64,000 nucleotides of DNA from assembly GCA_000004985.1 (NCBI GenBank), contig GG738892.1; one strand, 5' to 3'. The position numbers were made by a program, and so were the translations under genes. Position 1 is the first letter of the stretch. Each line of letters starts with the position of its first letter. A model generated the notes under the pieces. It had not been told where the DNA came from. It did not search any database and saw only the letters and a list, made by a program, of their open reading frames with translations. Below are positions 21,639 to 33,343 of the stretch, piece by piece. Source of the DNA: Naegleria gruberi. Its lineage: Eukaryota.

Positions 21639-24600
21639 ATGAATCGAAATTTGAGACCATCAACACAAGTTGTTGTTGATGGTAAATTGATGGTAACATT
21701 GATTTTATTTATTTTAACATTGATTGGATGTGTGTTATCTGAAGTTGTTATTCCAATCAATCAGGCACAAGAAGGACATGTTGAAGCAGGCAATTCAGTC
21801 ATTTATAAATTTGAAAACATTCCTGAACTTGCCACTGACAACTCTACACTCTCTTTCATAGTGACTACTCTTTCCGGTGATGCTGATATTTATGTATCTA
21901 CAACAGGTGCTCCAGATTTTACTAATCCAAACACCTATCAATGGAAATCTGTTATTCAGGACGGAACTGATACTGTCACTCTCTCAAAAACAACAGAAGG
22001 ATATAAGAGTGGAGGACCATATTATGTTGCTGTGAATGGTTTCCAAGGTCCAGCCATGTACACAATTATTGGTTTACATTCTGATAATCATGTTAAAGTT
22101 GTTCAAGGTTTTCCACAAAATGTTTTTGTAGGATCCGGACAGTATGTCTATTTTTCATATGATGTGACAAGTAATGGATTATTTACAATTTCTGTCACTT
22201 CTTTATACGGAGAAGCAAATCTTTATGTTAGTACAACAAATCAAAAGCCAGATGCATCATCATATAATTATAAAAAGGAGTCACTAGGAGATGATTTCCT
22301 TTCCATTACACACTCTGGTGAAGTTCCAACCACTTACTATATTGGTATTAAAGGAGATCATAGTTCACAAACTCAATTCAGCTTACAAATAACTTCACCA
22401 GATGTTCAAGATATTATTGCTGATGGTATTCCTCTTTATGCCAGACTTTACAGCAGATCCACAACTTACTACAAATTTTTCTTATCAAAAGTTGTTCAAG
22501 ATTTGACAATTACAGCTGACAGAAGAACAATGCTTGGTGATCCAGATATTTTTGTTTCAAGACTTTACCAATATCCAAACTCATCTGCTTGTGAATGGTC
22601 TCACTCTCTTCATGGTACCAGTTCTATCCAAATTTCAGAACCTGAACATTTGTACCCAGGTTGGTTCTATATTGCTATTCACGATGATTCCGTTTTTTCT
22701 ACTGACTATGCACTTTACATTTCTTCAACTTTTGCTCACACTAGACTTTCTAATGGTCTTCCTCTTTCAAAACAATTAATAGGTTATAAGACTGATTATT
22801 ATGCATACTATGTTGAACCAAACAATCTTGGAGGATTTACTACTTTAGATATCTTTGTTACAAGTGCATCTGGAGTTCCTTTAAATGTTTATGGAAGTAC
22901 TATTAACAGATATCCAAATGAAAATTCTCATGACTTGGTTGGTACTTTTAATGGAGCCTCATTTGTATTACACAAGGATGACTCTCCATCTGGAATGTAC
23001 TATGTAGCAGTTACATCCACCACAAATAGCAATTATACCATTGTTGTATCATCTGCCAATAGATTTATTGAATTAGTTGACACAGTTCAATATTCTTATA
23101 CAGTTAATAAGAGAGATTATAGAAAATTTGTTCTCCCAATTTCAGATAATAGTGTTGATGTCAGTTTTTCCTTGTCAACTATTAGCGGTGATGCTGATAT
23201 GTACATTTCAACCAATCAATTAGTTGATAGAGCCAACTACAAATGGAAGGCAGCATCTTACGCAAGGAATGAACTTATTCATATTGCTGCAAATGATCCT
23301 TTAAGACATAGTCCTGAATTTGATGGAAGTCTTTATGTTGCCGTTTATGGTTATGCCGCATCTTCCTTTAGTATTGTGGCTTATTTACACACAGGTCAAC
23401 CAATAGAATTGGAAAGTGGAGTTCCTGTATATGGAGTATTGGAGAATGATATGTCTTCTCAAAATTACAAATATTACCTCAGTACAACCAGAGATTTGAG
23501 AATTGTTGTACAACCAGGAAGTGAGTCTCACGACCCAGATATTTATGTCAGTAGAACCAATCCTAACCCAGGACCATCTAGTTATGACTATCGTTCTATT
23601 TCAGTTGATGACGATGTAGTTAGTATCCCTTCTGCACAACCAGGCAATTATTTCATTTCTGTTTATACATTCTTCCCAAATACCTCATACATTCTCACTG
23701 TTTCAGCTGGATCAATGGAATTACGTACTTTTGGTATCCCAATTATTGATACAGTAGCAAAAGGTCAAACCAAGGACTATTATTCAATTCTTTCAACAGA
23801 AAACTTTGTTATTGGTGTTACTCTTATTGATGGTAATACAAACTTGAAAATTACTAACAATACTTTTACCAAATCTGATAATGGATATCCAGGTAATTAT
23901 GTCTCTTTGAGCGCATCTGAAATTACTGAAGTTGGTACCTGGAAAACTTCTGTTTATGGTGTAGAAGATTCAACTTACTATATTCATGCTTCTTCTTTGA
24001 GCTTCCAAGCTGAATTGAAGGTAGGTTTGCCAGTTATTGGTGAAGCTTTCTGTTGTGGAGAAACAGGTTCCCTTTTTGCTTACAATGGAATTTTGGTCAG
24101 CAATACAGATTATTTGGTTTATGTTAATTCACTGTATGGAGAGGATAGCTTTACTGCTGTCTATGTTGATCAATATCCTAATACCAATCCAACTCCAACA
24201 AGCCACAAATGGTCTGCTCAAGGAAGTGACGACTTGATTGTTAAACTCCCAGCCAATCAATTAGATGTTGTAAAATCTCTTTATATTTCTGTTTACTCAT
24301 ACAGAGGTTTAGCTAGATTCCATGTCACTTTGGAACAATCTGGAGCTCCAATATTTTTGACTTCTGATTCTCCTAATTATGTATTTGGTAATCCAGACCA
24401 ATCAGATTATTTTAAGGTAATGAGTTTAAGAAATTCAGCTGGACTTAATGCTGTTTTGGAATCTTGTAATGATTTGGAAGCAGCACCATTCTATGTTTCC
24501 AACATTAACCCACAACCAACACAAAATAATAGCTATGTTTCTCAAGCTGATGGTAAATTTAGACAAATTATAACAACAACCAAGTCTGAGACAAATACTT

Positions 24601-27600
24601 TCTATTATATTGGTACTTCCAAGTTGCAACACGCATTGCCTTATACTATGTTTGCTACAACAGGTACTGATAAGAGACCAATACCAAAGAATAATGGTGT
24701 TCTCATTCCTGGACCACTCATGTCAGTAAATAGCAAGAGAATTTCAGTTCCAAGTGTTGAAGGAGACTCTCAAGGTGTTTCTTACTTGGTTTACAAACGT
24801 ATATTAACTCCACAAGAAGACCCAGCCAATGTCAATATGCAAACATTGTGCGCAATTAAGGAAGAAGCTCAATTGGTCGGAGAAATTGCTACACCACCAT
24901 CTGGCGCAGATTTCGTTGATTATGATGTACCTGTTGGATTTAATGAAAGATCTGTAATTAACGTAATCGCCAAGAATAGCTATGGTGTTTCATCTGCTTA
25001 TAAGCCAATTTTCATTGGAATTGATAACAACGATTATCTTATTGATGGTGTTTCCCTTCTTTCATCAACCAATGAAACTAACAGATGCTCCCAATTTATT
25101 TTCACTGCCACACTTTTGGATACTGAGACTGTATCTTTTATTGTTACCCCTTTCTCTGGTGATGCCGATTTATTTATTGCTAATAAGCCACAAGCCTCTG
25201 AATCTAACTTTGTTTATGCAAGCCGTAATCACGGATTTGACATTGTTTCGTTCACTAAAGGAGATCCTAAATATTTCCCTGGCCCATACTATATTGGAGT
25301 TTGTGGATTGAATGATGGTATCACTGAATTTAGCATTATCGCTTCAACATCTAACAATCCTATTAAATTGAAGGATGGTCAACCTCAACTTATGACAACC
25401 AAGACTCTGGATTACAGCTACTTTACTTTTGACCTTGAAGGATCAGATGATTTTACCGTAACTGTCACACCATTGACCGGAGATCCAGATGCTTATTTGA
25501 GTACAAATCCTAAACCATCAACATTTAGCTTCATGTGGAGCAGTGAACAAAGTGCTGTTGAAATTATCAATGTTAAAAGCTCAGACAATCAATTCAAACC
25601 AGATGTTACATATCATTTGAGCATTTTTGCTTTCTCCGCTGATACTATTTATTCAGTTGTCATTACTAGAAATACCTCAATTTCTACTTTGATGCATGGT
25701 GTTAGTATGGGAGGTAGAGTTCAATCACCATATTCATCCTATTATAGATTCAAACTTACTCATCCAAGTAATGTTACAATCACTGTTAATCCATTGAATT
25801 CATTGGGTGATCCAGACATTTTTGTTTCAACTCACGACAATAATCAATATCCTGACTTTTTACATCATGATTTCTATGCCTTCTCCAGAAGTGTTGACAC
25901 ATTGACAATCAAGACAACTGATCAAGGGTGGAGAATGGGATGGTATTATATTGCAGTTGCAGGTTATAGAGAACAAACAGAATTTGAAATTACTGTTTCT
26001 TCTTCAGATGAAGTAATAGTTCTTGAAGATGGTGTTTCCCTTACCACTTCAAGTTATGTTGATGAATGGAAGTATTATGCTTTCTTCTATGGATTTGATG
26101 CCAACTCACTCACTTTCAGTGTTAGATTAGGTACAGGTATGAGATCTGAAATGGTTTGCAGTAAGACTAACTCACACCCATCAAGAGACAAGTATGACTT
26201 TTTGGGAGAAAACACTGGAGCTGAATTGCTTGCTGTAATTCCTGAAAAATCATCTATCGGATGGTATTATTGTGGCGTTCATACTTTCACTGCAAGTGAC
26301 TATTCAATCACTGCTTTTACAAACCAAAGAGCAAGATTATTGCAAGATGCTACTATGAGTACAAATAACAATGTTAGAGCTAAATATTATGTTTACTTTA
26401 CCTATACCTTACCTCCTTTTGTTAACATGACTGACATTAATATTGTAGCCTACATGAATCAAGGAGATGGTGATCTTTATGTTTCCACTAAGACTAATAG
26501 ACCAACAGACAAGAATTATCAATGGCATTCCACTTCGAGTGTGAATGAAAATTTGGTCATTGCCAAGAGTGATATTGGTTCTGATTCCAGAGAATTATTC
26601 ATTGGTGTTCATGGTTGGTCCAACGCTTTGTTTGACATTGTTGTTTATGGTTTGGATACTGTTTTAGATCTTAAAGAAAATAGTCCAGTTCTTGGTGATT
26701 CTCAAAGTAACAGTTATAAGAGATACTCATTCAAGCTTGAAAATAGAGGTGTTTTGAGAATTGATCTCTCAGTTTTGTCTGCTTACCCATCTGATTGTGA
26801 TTTCTTTGTTAGTATGACACCATACCCTACCAAGAATCATTACACATGGAAGAGTGACAAGTTTGGAGATGATACACTTCAAATTGATGAGGCTGAAGCT
26901 GGAACTTATTACATCTCAGTTTACACAACATTTATTGCTTCTAGCAAATTCTCTCTTACTGTTTCTTCTGCTTATTCATTGGTTAATGATGGAGGCCAAA
27001 TTCTTGACTTTGTTGATAGTGGTGCTGTAAGACGTTATAAGATTTTGATTCCAGAACAAGCTGCATCTATTAGTATTACAACAGTTGGTATCAATGGTAG
27101 AACAGTAATGTATGCTAGTAACAATGAAACTTTCCCAACCAAAGATTACTTTGTTGCCTCCTCAGATACTGTTCATGGTAATGGTATTTTAGTTCTTAAA
27201 TCTGATTCAATCTTTGCAACTGGAGTATGGACAGTTAGTGTATATGGTATAACTCCTGCCTCTTTCTACTTGTCCTATCAAACCTCTCAAGGTATTTTGA
27301 GAGCTGGTGTTCCACGTGTTGGTATTACCACTCTTACAAATACTGCTAAATACTTGTTACCAATTTCTAGTGCTCAACCATTGTCTATCAGTGCTAGAGT
27401 CTTTGATGTTGTGAATGACTGTATTATGGTTAATGCTTATCAAAATCCAAGTGTCAAGGCTAGTGCCAAGTCTGATCCTAGAATTAATAATGGTGTTCTT
27501 TTGGAATATGCCCAAATTTCTTCAACTCAACTCTTGACTGTTGAAGTTTCTGCATGCTCTAATAGAGTTCAATATGAGATTGTTGTCGCAGCTAAGGATC

Positions 27601-28694
27601 AACCAACCTATTTGTCACAAGATTACTACTCTTTGTTTGTTTCTGAGGCTAACACATTTGATATCTACAGTCCAAAATCTGCTCAAGCTTTAACTGTTCA
27701 ATATGATTCTTGTGATTCTACTTCAATTAAAGATACTCTCAAGGTTTTCATTGGTAAGAATAGAATTCCAACTTCACAAGATTTTGATCAAGTTGGTGTT
27801 GCCAGAAATAGATATTCAAGCAACATTGTAGTACAAAGTGCTGTTCCAAAAGCCAATTACTATGTTACCACTGTTGGTACATCTCCACAATTCTTCTCTC
27901 TCTTTACTACTACCTCCAGTCCTGATCCAAGACCAGAAGCTGTTCCATTCACTGTTAAGCCAACAAATACTGTTTCAAAGGATGGTAAAACTCAACAAGA
28001 ATACAGTGTTTCCATCGATGTTCCAAAGAGTAAGGACCACACCACCTTCTATAAGGTTGTTGCATATGGTTTGAGTGAAAAGCATAAAGGACAATCCGAT
28101 GAACAAGTTATGTCAAGCCTCAACTTCCACACTCTCTGCGCCATTAATTCCAAGTCAAATTTACAGACCGTTGGTTATGGAAATAGTTTGAGTTCATCAT
28201 TGACAATGTCTTTGTTTGCTGATGAAGATTACATTGTTAATATTATTACTTCATATGGTGAATCTGGTCAACTTCAACAAGTTTCTACTCCAATAATTAT
28301 CAGAAGAAATGATAGTGCTGTAAGCCCAGGTGGTATTATACTTCTCATCCTTGTTATTTTGGTTGTTTTGTATTTGTCTATTGGTTCTATTGTCAAGGTT
28401 GTTAAATATAAGGCTAGAGGAGCTGAAATTATTCCAAATACTGGATTCTGGAAAGAAGTTTTCAGCTTATTCTGGGAAGGTTGCCAATTTGTTTTCTTGT
28501 GTGAAATGTTCAGACGTCGTCAAACTTCTGAATATGACACTATGGATGAGGAAGGTGTTGCAGAGGATAACTCAATTAATAACCCAGACGCTTATCAAAA
28601 TAATGGTGAACAAGATGATGATGACGATGATATTAACCCATTTGCTCATTCCACAAGACAAACTCCAGAAAATGGCTACACAACCATTATTTAA
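21639..28694 (+). CDS. Giant (2351-aa) type-I membrane protein built from about 10-12 tandem bacterial-type pre-peptidase C-terminal (PPC)-like domains, with a C-terminal TM helix and an acidic cytoplasmic tail containing an NPF motif.
   Basis: It is a single uninterrupted ORF. An N-terminal hydrophobic segment (LMVTLILFILTLIGCVLS) is followed by a recurring GDADxYVS motif every 120-250 aa (SGDADIYVSTTG, GEANLYVSTTN, GDPDIFVS, GDADMYISTNQ, HDPDIYVS, GDADLFIANKP, GDPDAYLSTNP, GDPDIFVSTHD, GDGDLYVSTKT, SDCDFFVSMTP). The TM helix is GGIILLILVILVVLYLSIGSIV. The tail is ...EEGVAEDNSINNPDAYQNNGEQDDDDDDINPFAHS. Confidence 0.6.
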   Translation: MNRNLRPSTQVVVDGKLMVTLILFILTLIGCVLSEVVIPINQAQEGHVEAGNSVIYKFENIPELATDNSTLSFIVTTLSGDADIYVSTTGAPDFTNPNTYQWKSVIQDGTDTVTLSKTTEGYKSGGPYYVAVNGFQGPAMYTIIGLHSDNHVKVVQGFPQNVFVGSGQYVYFSYDVTSNGLFTISVTSLYGEANLYVSTTNQKPDASSYNYKKESLGDDFLSITHSGEVPTTYYIGIKGDHSSQTQFSLQITSPDVQDIIADGIPLYARLYSRSTTYYKFFLSKVVQDLTITADRRTMLGDPDIFVSRLYQYPNSSACEWSHSLHGTSSIQISEPEHLYPGWFYIAIHDDSVFSTDYALYISSTFAHTRLSNGLPLSKQLIGYKTDYYAYYVEPNNLGGFTTLDIFVTSASGVPLNVYGSTINRYPNENSHDLVGTFNGASFVLHKDDSPSGMYYVAVTSTTNSNYTIVVSSANRFIELVDTVQYSYTVNKRDYRKFVLPISDNSVDVSFSLSTISGDADMYISTNQLVDRANYKWKAASYARNELIHIAANDPLRHSPEFDGSLYVAVYGYAASSFSIVAYLHTGQPIELESGVPVYGVLENDMSSQNYKYYLSTTRDLRIVVQPGSESHDPDIYVSRTNPNPGPSSYDYRSISVDDDVVSIPSAQPGNYFISVYTFFPNTSYILTVSAGSMELRTFGIPIIDTVAKGQTKDYYSILSTENFVIGVTLIDGNTNLKITNNTFTKSDNGYPGNYVSLSASEITEVGTWKTSVYGVEDSTYYIHASSLSFQAELKVGLPVIGEAFCCGETGSLFAYNGILVSNTDYLVYVNSLYGEDSFTAVYVDQYPNTNPTPTSHKWSAQGSDDLIVKLPANQLDVVKSLYISVYSYRGLARFHVTLEQSGAPIFLTSDSPNYVFGNPDQSDYFKVMSLRNSAGLNAVLESCNDLEAAPFYVSNINPQPTQNNSYVSQADGKFRQIITTTKSETNTFYYIGTSKLQHALPYTMFATTGTDKRPIPKNNGVLIPGPLMSVNSKRISVPSVEGDSQGVSYLVYKRILTPQEDPANVNMQTLCAIKEEAQLVGEIATPPSGADFVDYDVPVGFNERSVINVIAKNSYGVSSAYKPIFIGIDNNDYLIDGVSLLSSTNETNRCSQFIFTATLLDTETVSFIVTPFSGDADLFIANKPQASESNFVYASRNHGFDIVSFTKGDPKYFPGPYYIGVCGLNDGITEFSIIASTSNNPIKLKDGQPQLMTTKTLDYSYFTFDLEGSDDFTVTVTPLTGDPDAYLSTNPKPSTFSFMWSSEQSAVEIINVKSSDNQFKPDVTYHLSIFAFSADTIYSVVITRNTSISTLMHGVSMGGRVQSPYSSYYRFKLTHPSNVTITVNPLNSLGDPDIFVSTHDNNQYPDFLHHDFYAFSRSVDTLTIKTTDQGWRMGWYYIAVAGYREQTEFEITVSSSDEVIVLEDGVSLTTSSYVDEWKYYAFFYGFDANSLTFSVRLGTGMRSEMVCSKTNSHPSRDKYDFLGENTGAELLAVIPEKSSIGWYYCGVHTFTASDYSITAFTNQRARLLQDATMSTNNNVRAKYYVYFTYTLPPFVNMTDINIVAYMNQGDGDLYVSTKTNRPTDKNYQWHSTSSVNENLVIAKSDIGSDSRELFIGVHGWSNALFDIVVYGLDTVLDLKENSPVLGDSQSNSYKRYSFKLENRGVLRIDLSVLSAYPSDCDFFVSMTPYPTKNHYTWKSDKFGDDTLQIDEAEAGTYYISVYTTFIASSKFSLTVSSAYSLVNDGGQILDFVDSGAVRRYKILIPEQAASISITTVGINGRTVMYASNNETFPTKDYFVASSDTVHGNGILVLKSDSIFATGVWTVSVYGITPASFYLSYQTSQGILRAGVPRVGITTLTNTAKYLLPISSAQPLSISARVFDVVNDCIMVNAYQNPSVKASAKSDPRINNGVLLEYAQISSTQLLTVEVSACSNRVQYEIVVAAKDQPTYLSQDYYSLFVSEANTFDIYSPKSAQALTVQYDSCDSTSIKDTLKVFIGKNRIPTSQDFDQVGVARNRYSSNIVVQSAVPKANYYVTTVGTSPQFFSLFTTTSSPDPRPEAVPFTVKPTNTVSKDGKTQQEYSVSIDVPKSKDHTTFYKVVAYGLSEKHKGQSDEQVMSSLNFHTLCAINSKSNLQTVGYGNSLSSSLTMSLFADEDYIVNIITSYGESGQLQQVSTPIIIRRNDSAVSPGGIILLILVILVVLYLSIGSIVKVVKYKARGAEIIPNTGFWKEVFSLFWEGCQFVFLCEMFRRRQTSEYDTMDEEGVAEDNSINNPDAYQNNGEQDDDDDDINPFAHSTRQTPENGYTTII

Positions 28695-28699
28695 ATAAA

Positions 28700-30780
28700 T
28701 TATTTTTTATTTAGTTCCTTTTTCAGTTCAGCACATTCCTTGGTCTTGTCCTCCAATAGTTTTTCTAGCTCTGCAACTCTGTTTTTCAGAATTTGTACTT
28801 CTGACAATGGAGATTTTGTTGCTGGACTAACTGGTGGTGTTGAAACAGATGGTGGAGTTTTTGTGGGTGTTGAACTAGGTGGTTGCCAGAAACCATTATT
28901 AAAAACATTGTTTCTTCTCTTGCCAAATATATCAGGCTCACCAAGCTCCAATACAGCATTTCCTACAACGTCTTCCCTTGTTGCTACATCAGTATGAACC
29001 ACTACAGTATCTCCTCCTAATCCCAATAATTGAGCCAATTCGTCATCCATTTCCTCTCCATTATCTCCTTCATCACTGGATCCTTTTTCTTCCTCTTCCT
29101 CAGTATCGGATTCAAAAGTTTCTGCTCGTGACATCACTTCTGGTGATGATGACGAAAATATGGATAACCATTTTTGAGTATCAGCATTTGTTGGGAATGC
29201 AAGAGTTTCTCGTGATTCTCCTTCATTTCCAACATTCAAGGTAAATGCCATCTTATGATATTCATTTTTTTGAGTTCCAGTTGGTATGAAATCAGTGTAA
29301 TATTTTTCTCTCGTAAAGTCAACCCTGCATCCAATAACATCAGCTACCTTAGTCTTCTTATGTGAAGTATAAAAAAGTAATTGTTTGTTCAAGAGTTCAG
29401 CATAAACTATTGATGGCTTTTGATATGTTTTGATATGTGCCTTTTGGTTTTTTCTAATTATGTAACCTTCTTGTTTAGTGTCTGAAATTGGTGGTTTTGG
29501 TTGTTGAACTTCTTTTTGTATCTTGCTTGAAACCAAGTCTGTACAATAACAATACACGTTATTTGTAATTTTCTCACTAAACTCTTTTGCCTCACTAATG
29601 TTGTGTAATAATAGAATTATTAACTAATTAAATATAATTAAAAAACTTACTCTAAAGATCCGAAAATAAATTGTAACTCTGGTACAAAGTAGGATTGTTT
29701 TGCTTGTTTGGCAGATGTTGGTTGACTCGATATTGTTGAATTATTTCCAACAACAGTATTATTTGATTTATCGCCCAATGAACTAGAAGAAAGCTCTGCA
29801 ACTGTGACCAGCACTCTAGAATTCACTGATTGATTAGATCCACTCGATATAGGTGTATATTTAGCACATGTAAATGGTGTAATTTTAAATGTTAAAGTAT
29901 GTTCCGATTGTTTTTTAATCAACAAACTCTTTCCTTCCTTCAACCGTAAACTACACTTTACCATATGCATTCCTTCGTTAGTATTTACAGATTTCTTCTC
30001 CACTAAAATGTAGGCCTTCCCACTATATCCAAGATAGCCATGATCAGCAGCAACAGAATTCGATGGAGAGGACAATGGAGAAACCTGCAGGTTTGGTGAG
30101 GGGCTACTTTGAGGCATTTTTAATGGTTGATTATTAATACAAGTTGATGTCGTCGCACTGCTGACGGTTGTGGAAGTGGTGTCGCTTAGTGATGAAGAGT
30201 TGTCGTTAGATGAAATCGATTGGTTAGTAGTGTTGGTGGTGACTGTTATAGTTGGTGATCGAGAGGTATTGTTGGAGAGTTGGAGATGAGGTGGTGGGAG
30301 TTGAGGCAATTTTTGATTCTTGTATTGTTGTGGGTCGTGACTTGTTTGGTTTGTGCTTTCTGGAACACTACTACAGGAACTAATTTGATCGTAACTTGAG
30401 GATTCATCCAAGTGGAGAGGAATGGTAAGCATTGGTGGATAGAGATGAATATCAGTACAACTTTTGTGCTGCCGATTGATAAGGGAATAGTGAGGTGAGA
30501 CTGCATGGTGAGAATTATTGGTTGTTGAGGCAGCAGAGTCAGATGCTGATGAGGGTGAAAAGGGAACCTTTGAGGAAGATGAGGGGGAAGATAAGGAATT
30601 ACTACTACTGCTATTACTATCACAACTCATTGGAGAGAGTGGAGAGTCAACCCAAGAATCATCATGTTGAAAACTTAAAAATTGCCTAAATCTTCCATTC
30701 ATTAATTTTCTACTTGGTGAGGGAGTTCTCCATTGAATGTGAGCATTTGAAGAATTGGACCTAGACAATTTGGCACACAT
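28700..30780 (-). CDS. Ser/Thr-rich protein with two PH-like domains and a C-terminal coiled coil, 2 exons. Function is unknown.
   Basis: Minus-strand exons are 29651..30780 and 28700..29594, separated by a 56-nt intron with a GTAAGT donor. PH-like segments include GYLGYSGKAYILVEKKS...HTLTFKI and GYIIRKNQ...KMAFTLNVGNEGESRETLAFPTNADTQKWLSIF. The C-terminus is a coiled coil (ILKNRVAELEKLLEDKTKECAELKKELNKK). Its stop codon lies 5 bp from the stop of the giant PPC gene. Confidence 0.5.
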
Positions 30781-31572
30781 GTTTGGATTCTCTGGAGAGT
30801 TTTTGCTGCAATTTTTTCTTTTAAGAGAAACGTTGTTGTTGAGGAAGCCGAACCGACAGCAACGTATAAAAGTGCCTGCAATATTTGTGCTTTTCTTCTA
30901 AACTGAGCATGCGATCCGGCATTTTACTCTCGCACATGTGTAGCCAAGTGAGAGTCGGGCAAACGTTGAGGAATCAATTGCTTACTTTCAAATGTTCCTT
31001 TTTCAAAACGATTAATAATCAACGTGCAAAAAGTTGTTAGAATTGATAGGGAACAAGGCATTTATTAAGAATGAAAGAAAAATTTGAACAATTCTCATTC
31101 AGAGCACTGAAGAAAAATGAAGCCCAGATTGGTCAATTAATATTTTAAAGGAATAAAAGTTAAAGTAAGGCTGTCCATTGTTTATTTAGAAATTTACATA
31201 TTGGGAGCATTACAACAACTGTATTTGAGGTTGGAAGCTTTTATTGAATAAATATGATTGCTGAAATGTTGATCAAAGAGCGATCCTAACTATTGATTAT
31301 TCCATTGTCATAATAATTACCATTTGATATGCTAAACAATTATACTCGTTGCATTTTGATTGTGTGAATAGATGAGATGGAAAGCAATCTTTTAAGAATG
31401 AATGGAAAATATTACAAAATTCAACATCATCACATATTTTACAGCATGGTCTGGTTTTTATTTACCCTTAATTTCCAATTAGAAAAAATATGAAATAAAT
31501 ACAATCTTTAAAAAAATCATCCCTGTATTATTAATACACTCTATAAAGACAGAAGACAATTATTTAATATTA

Positions 31573-32577
31573 TTGATGAAGACAAAAACAGAAGAGTTTC
31601 AACATGATTACAATGAAAATGATCAATTGTATTATCATGATCTTTTAAATCTAACTCCGAATGAATTCTTAGCCAAATATCATCACAATAATAGTAATAA
31701 CAATAATACAACAACAACATGCAATGAAAGTGTTAATTTACAAGTAGAACAAGAACATCCAGAAAGCAAATCCAACGTTTTTATTTCCTCCGATGTAATG
31801 TGTTATATCATCATGACCTATCTAGATTGGAAAACAATATTTACAAGTTGTTTATTGGTGAATAAGGAGTTTTTCAGAAGAATTGCCAATAATCGTCAGC
31901 TTTTTATTCAATTATTTAATGAATTATTTGTGATGGATCAGAAAATGATTGATAGTATGACAAGTAGATCGACATTTAAAAAAACTTTAACTAGTAATAA
32001 TAATTTCATTGTAAATGGAGGTATTGGAATACCAAATGAGCATTATCACATTTGGAGAGATGGTTACAATAGCTATTTATATGCAACTGGTAAGAGATTT
32101 AAGCAATCTTTACAAAAGCATCATGTCAATAATTCGATAATGACTGATGCCAAATTGAGATTAATTAGAGAAAAGTGGAATACTGCCATTTCTGGAAAAA
32201 GCCAACAAAAGAAAAATCAAGTGAGATCTAAAAGGGATGAGAATAAATCCTTGTTAAATCTCATCAAGAAGATTATTAAGGATCGATTATTTATGAGAAA
32301 GTACTTTGATGGTGATAGGTTTAAATCTAAGAGATTTGAATTTCGTGAACAGATTTATTTTGAAAAGAAACTTCAAGTTCATGATTCTCTTCTTCGTTAT
32401 ACTGATCACAAGAAGTATTTAGCTAAATTGGAGGAAGCCAAGAAATTGTACAACAATCAAGACACATTGGAGAAACAAATTGAAAGTTTAATTCATTCTG
32501 AATATGAAAAGCCAGAGATTGAGGAGATTATAATTGGAGATTTACATGACAATAGTGGACCAACTGATCTATTTCTN
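31573..32577 (+). CDS. F-box-like protein, 5' part only. The ORF runs into the assembly gap, so it is incomplete.
   Basis: An F-box-like segment ISSDVMCYIIMTYLDWKTIFTSCLLVNKEFFRRI follows a poly-N/T low-complexity N-terminus. The ORF is open up to the N run. An in-frame coding-like tail appears after the gap (33344..33460) and may belong to the same gene. Confidence 0.4.
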
Positions 32578-33343
32578 NNNNNNNNNNNNNNNNNNNNNNN
32601 NNNNNNNNNNNNNNNNNNNNNNNNNNNNNNNNNNNNNNNNNNNNNNNNNNNNNNNNNNNNNNNNNNNNNNNNNNNNNNNNNNNNNNNNNNNNNNNNNNNN
32701 NNNNNNNNNNNNNNNNNNNNNNNNNNNNNNNNNNNNNNNNNNNNNNNNNNNNNNNNNNNNNNNNNNNNNNNNNNNNNNNNNNNNNNNNNNNNNNNNNNNN
32801 NNNNNNNNNNNNNNNNNNNNNNNNNNNNNNNNNNNNNNNNNNNNNNNNNNNNNNNNNNNNNNNNNNNNNNNNNNNNNNNNNNNNNNNNNNNNNNNNNNNN
32901 NNNNNNNNNNNNNNNNNNNNNNNNNNNNNNNNNNNNNNNNNNNNNNNNNNNNNNNNNNNNNNNNNNNNNNNNNNNNNNNNNNNNNNNNNNNNNNNNNNNN
33001 NNNNNNNNNNNNNNNNNNNNNNNNNNNNNNNNNNNNNNNNNNNNNNNNNNNNNNNNNNNNNNNNNNNNNNNNNNNNNNNNNNNNNNNNNNNNNNNNNNNN
33101 NNNNNNNNNNNNNNNNNNNNNNNNNNNNNNNNNNNNNNNNNNNNNNNNNNNNNNNNNNNNNNNNNNNNNNNNNNNNNNNNNNNNNNNNNNNNNNNNNNNN
33201 NNNNNNNNNNNNNNNNNNNNNNNNNNNNNNNNNNNNNNNNNNNNNNNNNNNNNNNNNNNNNNNNNNNNNNNNNNNNNNNNNNNNNNNNNNNNNNNNNNNN
33301 NNNNNNNNNNNNNNNNNNNNNNNNNNNNNNNNNNNNNNNNNNN
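32578..33343. other. Assembly gap (766 N).
   Basis: An uninterrupted run of n characters. All ORFs in the track containing X runs are artefacts of this gap. Confidence 0.99.

Noticed and set aside
22534-28698. Multiple 65-120-aa ORFs in other frames or on the opposite strand within the giant PPC gene and the HEAT gene (e.g. 22534..22779, 24037..24237, 24982..25311, 28330..28698, 52795..53227).
   Set aside because: They are nested in long, clearly coding ORFs. Their hydrophobic, low-complexity translations are typical of frame-shifted AT-rich coding sequence.
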